A stretch of DNA of 64,000 bases from Candidatus Latescibacterota bacterium (GTDB taxonomy: Bacteria > Latescibacterota > UBA2968 > GCA-2709665). Location of the stretch: NCBI GenBank assembly GCA_965226795.1, contig CBDDDZ010000005.1:2496001-2560000 (forward strand), read 5' to 3'. Below the pieces are notes generated by a model, which saw only the letters and a list, made by a program, of their open reading frames with translations, did no database searches and was not told where the DNA came from. Below, one piece after another: positions 41,801-51,579 of this stretch; the stretch's first letter is position 1; the number at the start of each line of letters is the position of its first letter. The translations under genes were made by a program, and so were the position numbers.

Positions 41801-42310
41801 GCGAAATTCCCACTGATGCAGCGCCCCGTAGGCCAATTTCACCGACATCAACGCCTTTTCAACGCCCGCGAGGGAACGGTTGGGCCCGCTCCGCGGACCC
41901 CCGTTTTGAGCAGACTCCCACTCCACGTCGAGGCGTCCGAGTTCAACTTCCCCCGGACGCCGCACAACCGTGCCGTTTACCATCACCTCCCACACCTGGC
42001 CCTCCACCATAGGCACCGCCGCCTGCCCCAACCCGGAAAGGCGATATTCCCGCAACGGGCGATCCTTGTAGAATATCCTCCGTCCGTCCGCGGACATGCC
42101 CAGTTGTCCCGGTCGACCCGGAAAGGCGCCCAGCCTGTGTTCCGTTCCCTGTGCGTCCACGGACCAGACTTCGGTCAGGGCTGCCTGCCCGTTTTCGTAG
42201 CAAGCGGTCCAGATCCGTTGGCTATTGGACTCTGCTGGAACCGAAAGCCCGATCCCTGCCAGCAACCAGCAGGCGAAGACAAGAAAAAAGGCAAGTGAAC
42301 CGAAGGGCAT
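38867..42310 (-). CDS. Exported TPR + GWxTD domain protein with long N-terminal extension (paralog 2)
   Basis: Hydrophobic signal-like segment, TPRs, FWTAHDPDLTTSINERQLEHYRRV, PWDRRGEVYIRFGEPD, VFVYYEIY. Start 42310 or 42397. Confidence 0.85.
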   Translation of the reverse strand: MPFGSLAFFLVFACWLLAGIGLSVPAESNSQRIWTACYENGQAALTEVWSVDAQGTEHRLGAFPGRPGQLGMSADGRRIFYKDRPLREYRLSGLGQAAVPMVEGQVWEVMVNGTVVRRPGEVELGRLDVEWESAQNGGPRSGPNRSLAGVEKALMSVKLAYGALHQWEFRHAQHLYRSAAQQFEALARDDLLYSKPAMAYAKLLAGRSRMAGAAGARWVCRENLSAIGNMILEYRPLNNGSPPVNLEVLKASARAGGLDDAEERILERLFRSPGDRKKSLISYFYRPAAADGEAMVISPYHRGRLLELIRRGDGFEVMDRLVGTAQVDSLLDVGRRVLAKDAPASVPVLQVVTLMAPKSARGHCQLGYAYLKSKDPDAALLSFERAVRLDHRMAEAYNGLGQVFERRPKARYDAIRYYTKALQYNRDYLEARFNIARLRHSLQEHDAKYDVEKVIDIDPTFAPAYLLLGEWYEVQEEDFERAALLYARYMTLKPEDPEGRKRLAGVYLRSRNYERIVTLLTDYVREHPDDTGVLAVLAQACVQLGRLEWADRYFSEYLQAATGEEGALYHDPVLLMSPEERKLYEQADRSARVERVKRFWTAHDPDLTTSINERQLEHYRRVWYALGAFSKGRQPWDRRGEVYIRFGEPDYRSQSNMKNYNQSLKVQRVRERIARQMYGSAALQMSFMGGPVYAVRSLKSNLSGGTNLGDGFAGDRQVEDLTSVAQRDDRNARETAGGETQRQSITFSSGITANNEVTGESLELLRFEGVQMQGGAMGLGNAVNDFAYKAVTSQDDASMVPWEVWVYTDVNGGIEITFTDEHMRGEFDYAPPPMDVRIPMQQLTRFNQFNPRSVAEQAALVTPDYYKPPENKSPLEFYFDLANFRQDEGGQRSFVEVYFGAPYNLGKYLEDRDETEMFLERSVALNNSRNGSVYRRQGNLEFRGGGDLTGARGGFVPDLVRLDVPPGTYRMEVQIKDRLSGRQGRYRQEVVIDNYERAFLQLSELQMAYSIAESNDLDKFKKGGLRVIPIPTRTFGRNQGVFVYYEIYRLRQDEFGQTRYKVEYTIQPKGVQGRTASGVVSQLVRVLTGRKQELAVGYEQLGNSESEEVYMELDLKSTKPGQYILEIEVTDLNSGLTSNRQTGFYVQ

Positions 42311-42420
42311 GTCTCGTGAACCCGGCACGAGCGGCTCCTCCCCGAAAGATCGGGGATTTGTGTGTATCGAGAACCAGCGAATTTTAGCGACCGTCATTAT
42401 AGAATAAGAAACATGGAAGA

Positions 42421-42438
42421 AAAATCAAAGTTGATTTT
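42421..42438. promoter_or_regulatory. Palindromic candidate operator in the promoter region of GWxTD paralog 2
   Basis: AAAATCAA-AG-TTGATTTT; on the minus strand TTGATT is followed by TATTCT and TATAAT. Confidence 0.4.
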
Positions 42439-42538
42439 GGTCGTGACGCGTTGATTCGACGCCATTCCGATTGCGTCCATAGGTTTGAATCTGACGTTTT
42501 TCAACGGGTTGAACCGAACTATGCTTTCGGCCGCGGCC

Positions 42539-44524
42539 CTATCTCGGCGCCAGGGCTCGAATCCGGCGCCGGGCTTCCTTTGAGACCTGCGGATCGCCCT
42601 GCCATTGATTCAGAAACGCCTCGTAGGCCGCGACCGCGTCCGCGGGCATGCCCTGGCTTTCCAACACCTTACCCAGGTTGAAATACGCTCTCGCATCGCC
42701 CAGCGCCGCCGAACGGCGATATGCCTGTGCCGCCCCTTCCGGCCGCCCCGTTTTCTCCAGCGCAACGCCGAGATTGAAGTGGGCCTCCTTATCCTCCGGC
42801 AGCAGGACCGCCGCCTGTTTGAATCCTTTGGCGGCCATCCGCGTTTCGCCCGCCCGCATGGCAGTTACGCCCAGGTTCATCCAGGCTTCCGCATATAGCG
42901 GATCCAGATCCACGGCTTTCCGATATGCCGCAGCCGCCTGCTCAAAAGTCCCCTTCATCCCGTAGGCATTGCCCAGGTTGTTATAGGTCATGGCTTCTTC
43001 CCTGATAGACAGGGCCCGTCGAAAAGCAAGAACTGCCCGGTCCATCAGGCCCCGCTCGGCAAGCACCTGTCCCACGGCCTGATGCATCTTCGCACTATTG
43101 GGATACGAACGCGCCGCGCTGGCATACAGGCTGAAATCATCCTTCCAATCTCGATTTCGCACGACCGTACGCGCGGCATACCCGAACATGATCAGACCCA
43201 TCGAGACAATCACACTGAACCCATACCTCCTGAACAACCGTTCGGCCCCAATCCCGGCCAGCGCGAACACACCCAGCACCGGAATGTAGAGAAACCGCTC
43301 CTGGACCATTGAATTCAGCAGGACCAGAGTCTGCGACACCCCCAGATAGGGCACCCAAAAAAGCGCCCCGAAAAAAAACAGCCGCGGCCATTTTCCCAGC
43401 GATCGTACCCAAAGCAACAGCCCACCGAGACCCAACACGACACCCGCGATTACCGAGAATTCCAGAAGCGAAACCGAAACAGGAATCGCATTGTACGAGT
43501 AATCCACGGAGAGCCGCCACGGAAACACCAGGAGCGTTACATAGTGCCAGAGAATCTTCCCGGCTGTCAGGGCCCGCGTTTCAAGCGAGGTACCGTAGAG
43601 CGGATTCACCAACTCAGTCATCCCACCCGGTGAGAAGCCCAGCCCCGCCGCGGCGTTGCGCACGGCCAGACAGAGTCCGAACATACCCACAAAGCCCATC
43701 CACCATAGCCATCTTGCCCGCCCAACGCACAGTATGCCGTGCAAAATCCCCTTTCCCAAGGGGGCGGCCGAACAGGGCAAACGCGCAACCAACCGTCCCC
43801 TGCGGCCTTCTTTTGCCCCCTCTTTGTCCAAAAGCGTCCCGGCCTCCGCAGCACCCATCCCAGCGGCGACGTCATATATCACAACCAGGCCAAACAGTGC
43901 GAGCGTACTCTCCTTGCTCATCAGTCCGCAGAAAAAGGCGACAAGCGCGAGCGCATAGGCCACCCGGGAACGCGAACTATGCGTATATGACAACATGCCG
44001 GCGAGTAAGAAGACGCCGGCCAGCAGGTCGGATCGGCCGAAGGTCACGCCCGCCGCCACTTCCGCATGGATCGGATGCACGGCAAATAACACGCCCGCAA
44101 TTCCCGCGGCGAATCGGCTCAGCCCCACGCGCCTGCACAGCCCCCACGCCAGCAGGCTGCAACACACGTGCAGAAGCACGTTGGTCAAATGATACCGGAA
44201 CGGGCGAATGCCTCCCAGCGCGTCCAGCAGAAACGAAAGCACGGGCAACGGCCGGTAATGCCCGGTTTCATTTCCGGGGTAACCCGCCCAGTAATGGGTC
44301 GTGAAAACGCTCCTGAAATCCAGTCGTTCGACAAGCCAACTTCGTTCGATCAGAAAATGGTCGTCGTAAACCAGCCCGTTGCCCAGCGCGTTGGCATAAA
44401 CCACAAATGCCGCCATGCCCACCAGAACCGGCCAAGCATATATGGGCTTCAGACTCCCACGCCCGGGAGCTCCCGAATTATCCTTGCGCCTTTGGGGGGT
44501 ACGTTTCGCCATATCTGCCGTCAT
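42539..44524 (-). CDS. TMTC-like (GT-C + DUF1736-like + TPR) putative protein O-glycosyltransferase
   Basis: NGLVYDD, YRPL, YHLTNVLLH, LFAVHPIHAEV, GRSDLL, SKES, PWRLSVDY, ERFLYIP, RNRDWKD, C-terminal TPRs. Confidence 0.85.
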   Translation of the reverse strand: MTADMAKRTPQRRKDNSGAPGRGSLKPIYAWPVLVGMAAFVVYANALGNGLVYDDHFLIERSWLVERLDFRSVFTTHYWAGYPGNETGHYRPLPVLSFLLDALGGIRPFRYHLTNVLLHVCCSLLAWGLCRRVGLSRFAAGIAGVLFAVHPIHAEVAAGVTFGRSDLLAGVFLLAGMLSYTHSSRSRVAYALALVAFFCGLMSKESTLALFGLVVIYDVAAGMGAAEAGTLLDKEGAKEGRRGRLVARLPCSAAPLGKGILHGILCVGRARWLWWMGFVGMFGLCLAVRNAAAGLGFSPGGMTELVNPLYGTSLETRALTAGKILWHYVTLLVFPWRLSVDYSYNAIPVSVSLLEFSVIAGVVLGLGGLLLWVRSLGKWPRLFFFGALFWVPYLGVSQTLVLLNSMVQERFLYIPVLGVFALAGIGAERLFRRYGFSVIVSMGLIMFGYAARTVVRNRDWKDDFSLYASAARSYPNSAKMHQAVGQVLAERGLMDRAVLAFRRALSIREEAMTYNNLGNAYGMKGTFEQAAAAYRKAVDLDPLYAEAWMNLGVTAMRAGETRMAAKGFKQAAVLLPEDKEAHFNLGVALEKTGRPEGAAQAYRRSAALGDARAYFNLGKVLESQGMPADAVAAYEAFLNQWQGDPQVSKEARRRIRALAPR

Positions 44525-44612
44525 TGTCTACCTGGGCCGAGGGTAGCAACATATGAACGGGGAGCCCGGGTCGTTTTCCACCTGCAGGGACGTTATCCGC
44601 CGTCCACGTCTA

Positions 44613-44667
44613 CAAAATGAACGGGCGGCGTCCGGGTTCGGAATCCCGGTCGCCGCCCGTCGGTTCA
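44613..44667 (-). terminator. Terminator of the TonB/PorV operon
   Basis: Long GC stem ACGGGCGGCG..CCGGG/CCCGG..CGCCGCCCGT followed by TCATTTT on the minus strand. Confidence 0.6.
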
Positions 44668-44730
44668 AACGCCGACAAAGCGCCGGACTACATCAGTTTT
44701 GAATCGACTCCGCCGCTTTGTAAAGGCGAC

Positions 44731-45723
44731 TTAGAACGTGCCGCCGATGGAAACACGGATCGGTGGATCGAACATGTCCACGCCGTCGTTCTTCTGCAAG
44801 AGCGACACCGCCACGTCGGCCGTGATCGTGCGACCCCCGAACGTCTGCTTTACGCCGGCGCCCACGGCAATGCCCTCGAGGTCATAGTTCCACTTCCAGC
44901 CCGCGCGCAACGCGAGTGCATTCTGCAGCCACAACTCGGCGCCGAAATGCCAGCGCTGCTCAAAGTCCACGAAAAACGCGCTCTCTACCGACGCGGTGAG
45001 GTAGGACGGATCGCCCTTCTCGCCGTATATCTCCGCTGCAACGCCGATATTGTAGACCAGCGGCATCAAGTACGCCCGGTCACCCGACTTGCGGTCGGGG
45101 CCGAAATTCCGGAACGCCATCGCGATACGAAGGCTTCTGAATCCCGTGTAGAAGAAGCTGCCCACGTCCACCGTGAAGCCCGAGGTCTTCACCGTGTATA
45201 GTTGCTCAGAAACGTAATTCGCCTTGGCGCTGAACGAAAATTTGTCGGTGAATTTGATCGCATAAAGCAGACCGACAGAAAGATCGTTTGCAACCACGTC
45301 CTGCCCGGTTCCGCCGGGCTGATGGATCGTGGTCTCCGGGGAAGGCTTCGGGTTGTGTGACACTACCGTAATGCCCAGCACCTCGCCCCGCGCGGAACGC
45401 GTATTCCACACCGCGGCAGCCGAGTACAGCTGGGTGTCGTAAATAAAGCGCGTCCAGTTCAACTGATAAGCCACACGTTCCACGTGCACCAGGCCGGATC
45501 CGTTCCAGAAGATCGCGTTGATATCGTCGGCCACGGCCGTAAACGCATCACCCATGGCAACGGCGCGGGCGCCCTGCCCGATCTTCAGGAACTGCATCCC
45601 CGATATGTTGACTTTCTTGACACCATACTCGCCGGTCACCCCGCCCCACTTCACGGCCAACGCCGGTGAAGCGGCAAGCAACAGGGCCAAGACCGACGCA
45701 ACGACCAACATACTCCTTTTCAC
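44731..45723 (-). CDS. PorV/PorQ (UPF0164-like) outer-membrane barrel
   Basis: Signal peptide, then QFLKIGQGARAVAMGDAFTAVADDINAIFWNGSGL, LALRAG, C-terminal Phe; AGGAGGT RBS. Confidence 0.85.
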   Translation of the reverse strand: MKRSMLVVASVLALLLAASPALAVKWGGVTGEYGVKKVNISGMQFLKIGQGARAVAMGDAFTAVADDINAIFWNGSGLVHVERVAYQLNWTRFIYDTQLYSAAAVWNTRSARGEVLGITVVSHNPKPSPETTIHQPGGTGQDVVANDLSVGLLYAIKFTDKFSFSAKANYVSEQLYTVKTSGFTVDVGSFFYTGFRSLRIAMAFRNFGPDRKSGDRAYLMPLVYNIGVAAEIYGEKGDPSYLTASVESAFFVDFEQRWHFGAELWLQNALALRAGWKWNYDLEGIAVGAGVKQTFGGRTITADVAVSLLQKNDGVDMFDPPIRVSIGGTF

Positions 45724-45751
45724 GTCATTACCTCCTAAGTTTTGAACCCGC

Positions 45752-48241
45752 TTACTTGATTAGTACGAAGCTGCCTCTTCGGACCTCACCTCCGTCTACG
45801 ACCACGAAATAGTACAGACCGGTCTGGACCTCGCCGGCGATATTGAACGTGATCTGACGAAATTCGGTCTCGCCCTTGGCGAGCGGGGTCCGGTCCGTTG
45901 TTTCCACGCGGTCGCCGGAGGCCGAGTAAATATGAATTACCGCATCCTTAGTGAGGCCCACGATGCGGAGGTTGCGGGAGTTGGGGTATTGGTGCTTTCC
46001 GTCCACGTAATACGGATTCGGCACGATCAGCACTTTTTCGGGAAGGCTGGACAACAGGGCCTGGAACGGCTTGCGGTTGTCGCCGTCGAAGGTCCTGGCC
46101 GTAGACGGACCCCAACCGCTTTCATAACCCCTGCGGATATTGGCCTGCACGCGTGGGCTCGGAATATCGTCGATGGTCATCCCGCTGTCCCAGGTATAGG
46201 AATCCACCCCCCCGGCGTACGGGCGAGCCGAATAGAAGTACGAAAAGCCGGCCGCGGTCTCCAGGTCTTCATATTCATAGACACCGTCGGCATTCACGCC
46301 CCAGATGCCACGGGCGAGGCCCGCCGGATTGTTGGACGATCCGCTGGAACCGTTCTCGATAACGTCGTACAACTCCCACGGGCCCCAGGAAAACCAATTC
46401 GACTTGTACAGCCGGTAGCCCAATATGTCCTGTTCGCCCGTATAGGGATTTACAGCTGACTCCGACTCCCGCCCCCACCGGATCAACTGCTTGGCATTGG
46501 TTGAAGACGTTAGATTATCGGCCGAAATATACGCCTCTGTGGGCGACACGGGCACCTGGTAGCTGTTGTCGTAGACCCAGTGGGCCAACTTCAGATTCTC
46601 CAGGGCGGCCTTTTCGCCGTCGGTCTTGACCTTGCTGATCTTGTTCTCGGGCGAATCGCCGGAACGGTCCCACTTCAAAATGCCGACATCCTGCTCGTTG
46701 GCCGGAATCGGCGCCAGCAGCGAGGGGTGCCCCGCTCCCCAGGCAAGCACGATCTTCACGGATTCTCCCGCGCCCACGCTGTACGGTCCGTACACCGTCA
46801 TGTCGTGGAACACCTTGCGCGTGGAAATGTCTCCCTCGTCCGCATTGCCCTGATAACCTGACGTGGTTATGGTGTTGGCCAACTGTGCGGCGGTGTGCGT
46901 GGTGTACGTGGGGTCGTCGAAGTCGCCCGTCGAACGCGCCAGCCACCACTGGAACGAACGCGGTTGTTGGGCTTCGCCGGGCTGCACGTACTTGCCCCGG
47001 TCGGCTTCGTTGAACGAGAATTTGCCCGCGTCGTCGGCGTAGGCGAGGGGCGCCATGAAATAGGTGCTTGGCGCTCTCGGCTGGCCTTCGGTTTGCAGGA
47101 TATTGTAGTTTGAAGGCACAATCGCCTTGAAGAACGGATCGCCGGTATCGTCGTGCGAGGAAAACGGGTTGTCGGAGTCCCTGCGGATGACCGCGCGCAT
47201 ATCCTCACCTACGAACGCGCCGTTCTGCGAGTAGGCATTCGGATAGCCGTCGGCCTCCGTATACCACATGGTGTCGTCCATCCCCCGGGCATTTGATGCG
47301 TAGAAGTTCCAGCCGAACTCCTCGAGGATGCCCATGGCCGTCATCGCGGCCACGTTCTTGAACGCAATGTAGAGGTTGTTGATGGGGCCCGGCGCCTCGC
47401 CGACGCCGTCGCCGTCGAAGTCCCCAATGTTGGTGAAGGTGAGGTCCACAATGTAGAAGTCATCGAAATCCGGGTTGGACCAGCTGTACACCCGCCTCTG
47501 GGCAAGGATACCGTTCTGTTTGTCCACCCACTGGGCAATGATGGTCTCTTCGGGAACGGTCACGTCCACCAGGTTGTGCGCACCCAGATTATAATTGGCG
47601 ATATGGGCGGGCGGGGTTGTTACCGGATCCCAGTCGTTCCCGTAAATACTTCCCGGATCCAGGTTCGTGACTCCGGGCCAGTAATTGGACAGGGCACCCG
47701 TGGCGCCCTGTTCTCCCGGAGAGATCGCGCTGTTCGCCGATTCCGCGAGTTCCCTCAACGGATTGGGCTGGCCCCAGCTTTCCTCCGGATTGCCCACCGG
47801 ATCGTAGGGCAGGGCCTGGTTGTGTTCGACGATCTGCAGATTCTCCCGGGGCCCGGTTACCGTTACGGTACCCGCGTCGGCGTTCAGGATCCAGATGCCC
47901 TCGCCGCCCGAGACCTTGTAGTCGTTGTACATCTGCGACTTCTGGTTGGACGTGAACTGTGACAGCACCGCGCCGAACGAACCCGGGCCCTGGCCGTTCC
48001 AGGGATAGGCGTTGCGCCTGCTGCCGCGGCCCCATTCCTGGTTGCCGCCCATTCCGCCTATGTTGTTGTAACTGTTGGAAATCAATGATCGCAGGTTGTA
48101 CCTGCTTGCTATGTTGTCGGGAGTGGCTTGCGCATCGGCCGGGGCCGCTTCAAATACAACCGCACCCAGTGCAAGGCAACCGATGGGGACCAACCCCTTA
48201 GCGATGAAATTTAAACGTTTCATATCCTTTTCTGCCTCCAT
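45752..48241 (-). CDS. Secreted 829-aa protein with Fn3-like region and T9SS type-A-like C-terminal domain
   Basis: Signal peptide ending ADA-Q, DFDGDG Ca-loop, LIRW..ESE...GYRLYKS, tail VLIVPNPY...IHIYSASGDRV...TGLYYFVV...GSFVLIK. Confidence 0.75.
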   Translation of the reverse strand: MEAEKDMKRLNFIAKGLVPIGCLALGAVVFEAAPADAQATPDNIASRYNLRSLISNSYNNIGGMGGNQEWGRGSRRNAYPWNGQGPGSFGAVLSQFTSNQKSQMYNDYKVSGGEGIWILNADAGTVTVTGPRENLQIVEHNQALPYDPVGNPEESWGQPNPLRELAESANSAISPGEQGATGALSNYWPGVTNLDPGSIYGNDWDPVTTPPAHIANYNLGAHNLVDVTVPEETIIAQWVDKQNGILAQRRVYSWSNPDFDDFYIVDLTFTNIGDFDGDGVGEAPGPINNLYIAFKNVAAMTAMGILEEFGWNFYASNARGMDDTMWYTEADGYPNAYSQNGAFVGEDMRAVIRRDSDNPFSSHDDTGDPFFKAIVPSNYNILQTEGQPRAPSTYFMAPLAYADDAGKFSFNEADRGKYVQPGEAQQPRSFQWWLARSTGDFDDPTYTTHTAAQLANTITTSGYQGNADEGDISTRKVFHDMTVYGPYSVGAGESVKIVLAWGAGHPSLLAPIPANEQDVGILKWDRSGDSPENKISKVKTDGEKAALENLKLAHWVYDNSYQVPVSPTEAYISADNLTSSTNAKQLIRWGRESESAVNPYTGEQDILGYRLYKSNWFSWGPWELYDVIENGSSGSSNNPAGLARGIWGVNADGVYEYEDLETAAGFSYFYSARPYAGGVDSYTWDSGMTIDDIPSPRVQANIRRGYESGWGPSTARTFDGDNRKPFQALLSSLPEKVLIVPNPYYVDGKHQYPNSRNLRIVGLTKDAVIHIYSASGDRVETTDRTPLAKGETEFRQITFNIAGEVQTGLYYFVVVDGGEVRRGSFVLIK

Positions 48242-48261
48242 TCGAAAGCATCACGGAGCAA

Positions 48262-48295
48262 GTGCGCCGGAAGGGCATGTGCCCTTCCGGCGCAC
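48262..48295. repeat. Perfect intergenic hairpin
   Basis: GTGCGCCGGAAGGGCA-TG-TGCCCTTCCGGCGCAC (16-bp inverted repeat). Confidence 0.85.
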
Positions 48296-48302
48296 CACTG
48301 TC

Positions 48303-51300
48303 TTACCAATTCAGGCGCAACCCGAACTGGGCAAGGCGCGGCGTATGCGCGTACGTACGATCCCGGCTGTCGCCGTAGTTAAGGTAATTCTTGTCGTCCG
48401 GAGTTGGGCCGTCCAGTCCGATGTACGTCCATAAATTCCTATTAGTGGGGCTGGTACGGTCCTTCTGGTTGAAGACGTTCCGGATGTCGGCGAACAGTGT
48501 AGGTTGCACCCGCCCGGTGACATTGAAGGTTCTCTCAATGGCGAGGTCGGTGCGCGAATCCAACGCCAGATCGCGGTAGTACGCGTTTCCGCCTTCAGGC
48601 GAGCTATAATTAAAGATCCCGCCCGTCTGGATGCGGGACGTCACATTCAGCCGCAGGTTCTTCAGAACGGTGCCGGCAAAGGCGTGGCCGAACTCGAAAT
48701 CATCGGGGAAAGACGCCAGCAGCGAGAAACTCCCGAAGTTCCGTCGGTCGCCGCTTTTGGGGCGGAAGAACAGCGTGGTATAGCTGCCCGTGTTGATCTT
48801 GACCGAGCAGTTCGCACCGCAATCCGCCAGGGCGGGGCTGTCGACCGGCCGCAGGCCGTCCCACACGCCCGTACCCAACTGGCCGCCCTTCTTTTGTGAG
48901 CCGTCGTGGAAATTCTGGCCCATTTGGGCGAATGTTTCCAGGTCGTCGCCGGTCAACCTGCGCGGCGCCTCGCTGCCATCCGGAAGCGGGTCGAAATAGA
49001 CCCAGAAATTGGGGACGGTAACGCCTCTGTCTGTGAACGCGTTGGTTGTGGCCAGGTGCACCACCGTGAGTGAGTCCATGTACACGTTGCGGATCACGTT
49101 GCCAAGTTTGCCCGTGGTGATCTGCGACCACTGGTAGTTGTACGACACGTTGAACGAGAAGTTGTGCGAGAAGGACTTCCGGATGGACATTTCGAGGCCG
49201 CGCGTGTCGCCGTAGGCACCGTTATCCAGGGTCCGCGAATACGGGATCCCGAAGTCCCGGGGGCCAACCCACGTCTCGTTCGGATATTGCGTGAAGTGGT
49301 CCACCTCGCTCTTGTAATACGCGGTTAACGTGGCCGTATAGTCGCTCACGAAGTTCCAGTCGGCCCCCACCTCGAAGGCCGTGGTTTTGGCGGGTTGCAG
49401 CAGATGCAGCCCGTTCTGGCCGGAATAGGTGGTGCGGAAATTGTTCAAGCGCTCCGTGGCGTCGATCCGCCCGTTCTCGTTGACGTCCCTGTCGCCGGCA
49501 TCGCCGGACGTCCAGTAGTCCTCACCGAAATAATACCAGAGGTCGGCCCACTGGAGGAACACGCCGGTGGAGAACCGCATCTGCGAACGCTCCGTGATCG
49601 GATGCGACACACCGATTCGGGGGCTGAACTTCACGTGCCAGGGCGCGTCGGTGGTCCAGAGCGAACCCTCCTGGTACGCCCAGTCCCGAGCACGGGTGTA
49701 ATAGCGGAACATGGAACTCCCCCGAAACGCGCCGAAGGTCAGCTGGCGGGAGTTCGGATTGAACGTGTCGAGGCGGACGCCCAGGTTCACGATCATCCCC
49801 TGGAACTCCATTTTATCCTGGAGGTAGGCGTTAAGGAAGAAGGGTTTCACCTTCTCGCCGATCTGGCCTTCGTCCACGATCAGCCGCAGATTCCGGGCGG
49901 CCGGGGTTGTATCGTACCGGAATATCATTGTGAGGGCGCTGGTCTGGTACTCGACCCCCGCCTTCAGGAAGTTCCCCTTGGTGACCTGCGACGACAGATC
50001 GACCTTGGCCCCGATGCGCTGCCGGTCGGACTGGCCCCATCGGGCGGCCTGGCGGCCGATGTTGAACCACGCCGCCTGATCCCGGTGGACTTCCCGGGTC
50101 ACGTCGTGCGTGCCGCTGACCGTATCCATTTTTGACCGGGAATGAGAAAGCCGGACTTCGTAGAACGTCCTCGGGGACAGCGTGTGCGTAAACACCGCGT
50201 ATTGCAGTTCTTCTCTGAGGTCGTGCAGTCCCGCGGCGGACCACTGCTCGGGCAGGAACAGGTCGCGGCCGCTCCCACGCCTCATCGCGCCGCCGCCGCT
50301 GCCATGACGCCCGCCGAAGAGGTCCGGATTGCCGTTCGAATACCAGTCCCAACCCAGGTACATGCCGCCCACTTTCAACTTCAGGTTGGCCGTTGGCTTG
50401 ATCGTGATACTTCCCGAAACGTTGATGTTGCCCGGATCGTCCTGGAAGCTCCCACGGTCATTGTAGAACCCGATCCGCTCCGCGCGCGGCGTTGGGGCCG
50501 CATAACGGTCGTGCTTGGCCGTGACCAGGAACGAAGCCTTGTCTCCGATAGGGCCGGACACGTTGCCCTCAACGCCGAAACCGACCCATTCCGTGTAATT
50601 CGTACGGACGTGAATCAGTTCGCCTGCCAGTTCCTCGAAAATGGGATCGTTGATCTGGCCGGAGAGATCCGGGTACTTCTCATTGGCCCAAATCGGGTCG
50701 TCCCAATTCACCTTGTCCTGGTGCTGCGGCGAATCGTACACGTTCTCGCCCCAGTGCTTCTTGCCGGCGGGTTCGTAACGGAATTCGCCCCAACCATTCA
50801 GCTCACCGCCGCCTTCTTTGGTTATGATTTGAACCACACCGCCCTGGGCATTGCCGTATTCGGCGGGGGTAACCCCGGTGAGTACGGACAGTTCCTGGAT
50901 GGCGCCACGGTTCACGCTGCGGTAGCGGCCGCCGCGACCACGACCGTCGTTGTGGTTCATCCGCACGCCGTCCACCACGTACGCCACGTCGCTGGCGTAC
51001 CAGCCTGCGTCGACGTAGGCGCCGCGAATCCGGTTGGATCCGTCAACGGCCACGCCCGGCTGCAACTGGAGCAACTCCGAGGTCCGGCGGGCCGACGCCA
51101 GGTTCCGCTCGGTTTCTTCGAGAGAAATCGTGTATTTACTGGTGGTCTTATCCGGCTCCACCAGGGGACGGCCGGCCGTCACCACCAACTCGCCCAATTC
51201 CAGGGCGGTCTCTTTCAGATTGTAGTTAATGGTGGTGGTATGGTCCACGCTGATCTGAACGCCGGTCTGCGACACGGTCTCGTAACCGATCAGCGACGCC

Positions 51301-51536
51301 GAGAGCGTGTAGACGCCCGGCGAAATATTGATGATGACGTAATATCCGTCGGCATCCGCCGTGGAACCCAGATTCAGTTCCTTGATCACGACGTTGGCGC
51401 CGGGCAGGACTTCGCCGGCCTGGTCGCGCACCACGCCGTTGACCTTGCCGGTGACACCCGCCTGCAGGTCGGCCGTGGCGAAACAAACGGCCGCGACCGC
51501 AACTGCGACTCCTAAAAACAGAAGCTTACGCTTCAT
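48303..51536 (-). CDS. TonB-dependent receptor with N-terminal carboxypeptidase-regulatory-like domain
   Basis: GKVNGVVRD..GEVLPGANV, plug LQLQPGV..IRG..YVVDGV, YLQDKME, FSPRIGVSHPIT, C-terminal PRLAQFGLRLNW; AAGGAGGT RBS. Confidence 0.92.
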   Translation of the reverse strand: MKRKLLFLGVAVAVAAVCFATADLQAGVTGKVNGVVRDQAGEVLPGANVVIKELNLGSTADADGYYVIINISPGVYTLSASLIGYETVSQTGVQISVDHTTTINYNLKETALELGELVVTAGRPLVEPDKTTSKYTISLEETERNLASARRTSELLQLQPGVAVDGSNRIRGAYVDAGWYASDVAYVVDGVRMNHNDGRGRGGRYRSVNRGAIQELSVLTGVTPAEYGNAQGGVVQIITKEGGGELNGWGEFRYEPAGKKHWGENVYDSPQHQDKVNWDDPIWANEKYPDLSGQINDPIFEELAGELIHVRTNYTEWVGFGVEGNVSGPIGDKASFLVTAKHDRYAAPTPRAERIGFYNDRGSFQDDPGNINVSGSITIKPTANLKLKVGGMYLGWDWYSNGNPDLFGGRHGSGGGAMRRGSGRDLFLPEQWSAAGLHDLREELQYAVFTHTLSPRTFYEVRLSHSRSKMDTVSGTHDVTREVHRDQAAWFNIGRQAARWGQSDRQRIGAKVDLSSQVTKGNFLKAGVEYQTSALTMIFRYDTTPAARNLRLIVDEGQIGEKVKPFFLNAYLQDKMEFQGMIVNLGVRLDTFNPNSRQLTFGAFRGSSMFRYYTRARDWAYQEGSLWTTDAPWHVKFSPRIGVSHPITERSQMRFSTGVFLQWADLWYYFGEDYWTSGDAGDRDVNENGRIDATERLNNFRTTYSGQNGLHLLQPAKTTAFEVGADWNFVSDYTATLTAYYKSEVDHFTQYPNETWVGPRDFGIPYSRTLDNGAYGDTRGLEMSIRKSFSHNFSFNVSYNYQWSQITTGKLGNVIRNVYMDSLTVVHLATTNAFTDRGVTVPNFWVYFDPLPDGSEAPRRLTGDDLETFAQMGQNFHDGSQKKGGQLGTGVWDGLRPVDSPALADCGANCSVKINTGSYTTLFFRPKSGDRRNFGSFSLLASFPDDFEFGHAFAGTVLKNLRLNVTSRIQTGGIFNYSSPEGGNAYYRDLALDSRTDLAIERTFNVTGRVQPTLFADIRNVFNQKDRTSPTNRNLWTYIGLDGPTPDDKNYLNYGDSRDRTYAHTPRLAQFGLRLNW

Positions 51537-51579
51537 TGTGATACCTCCTTCGTTGAGTTGTTACCTCGACTTCGGCAAA

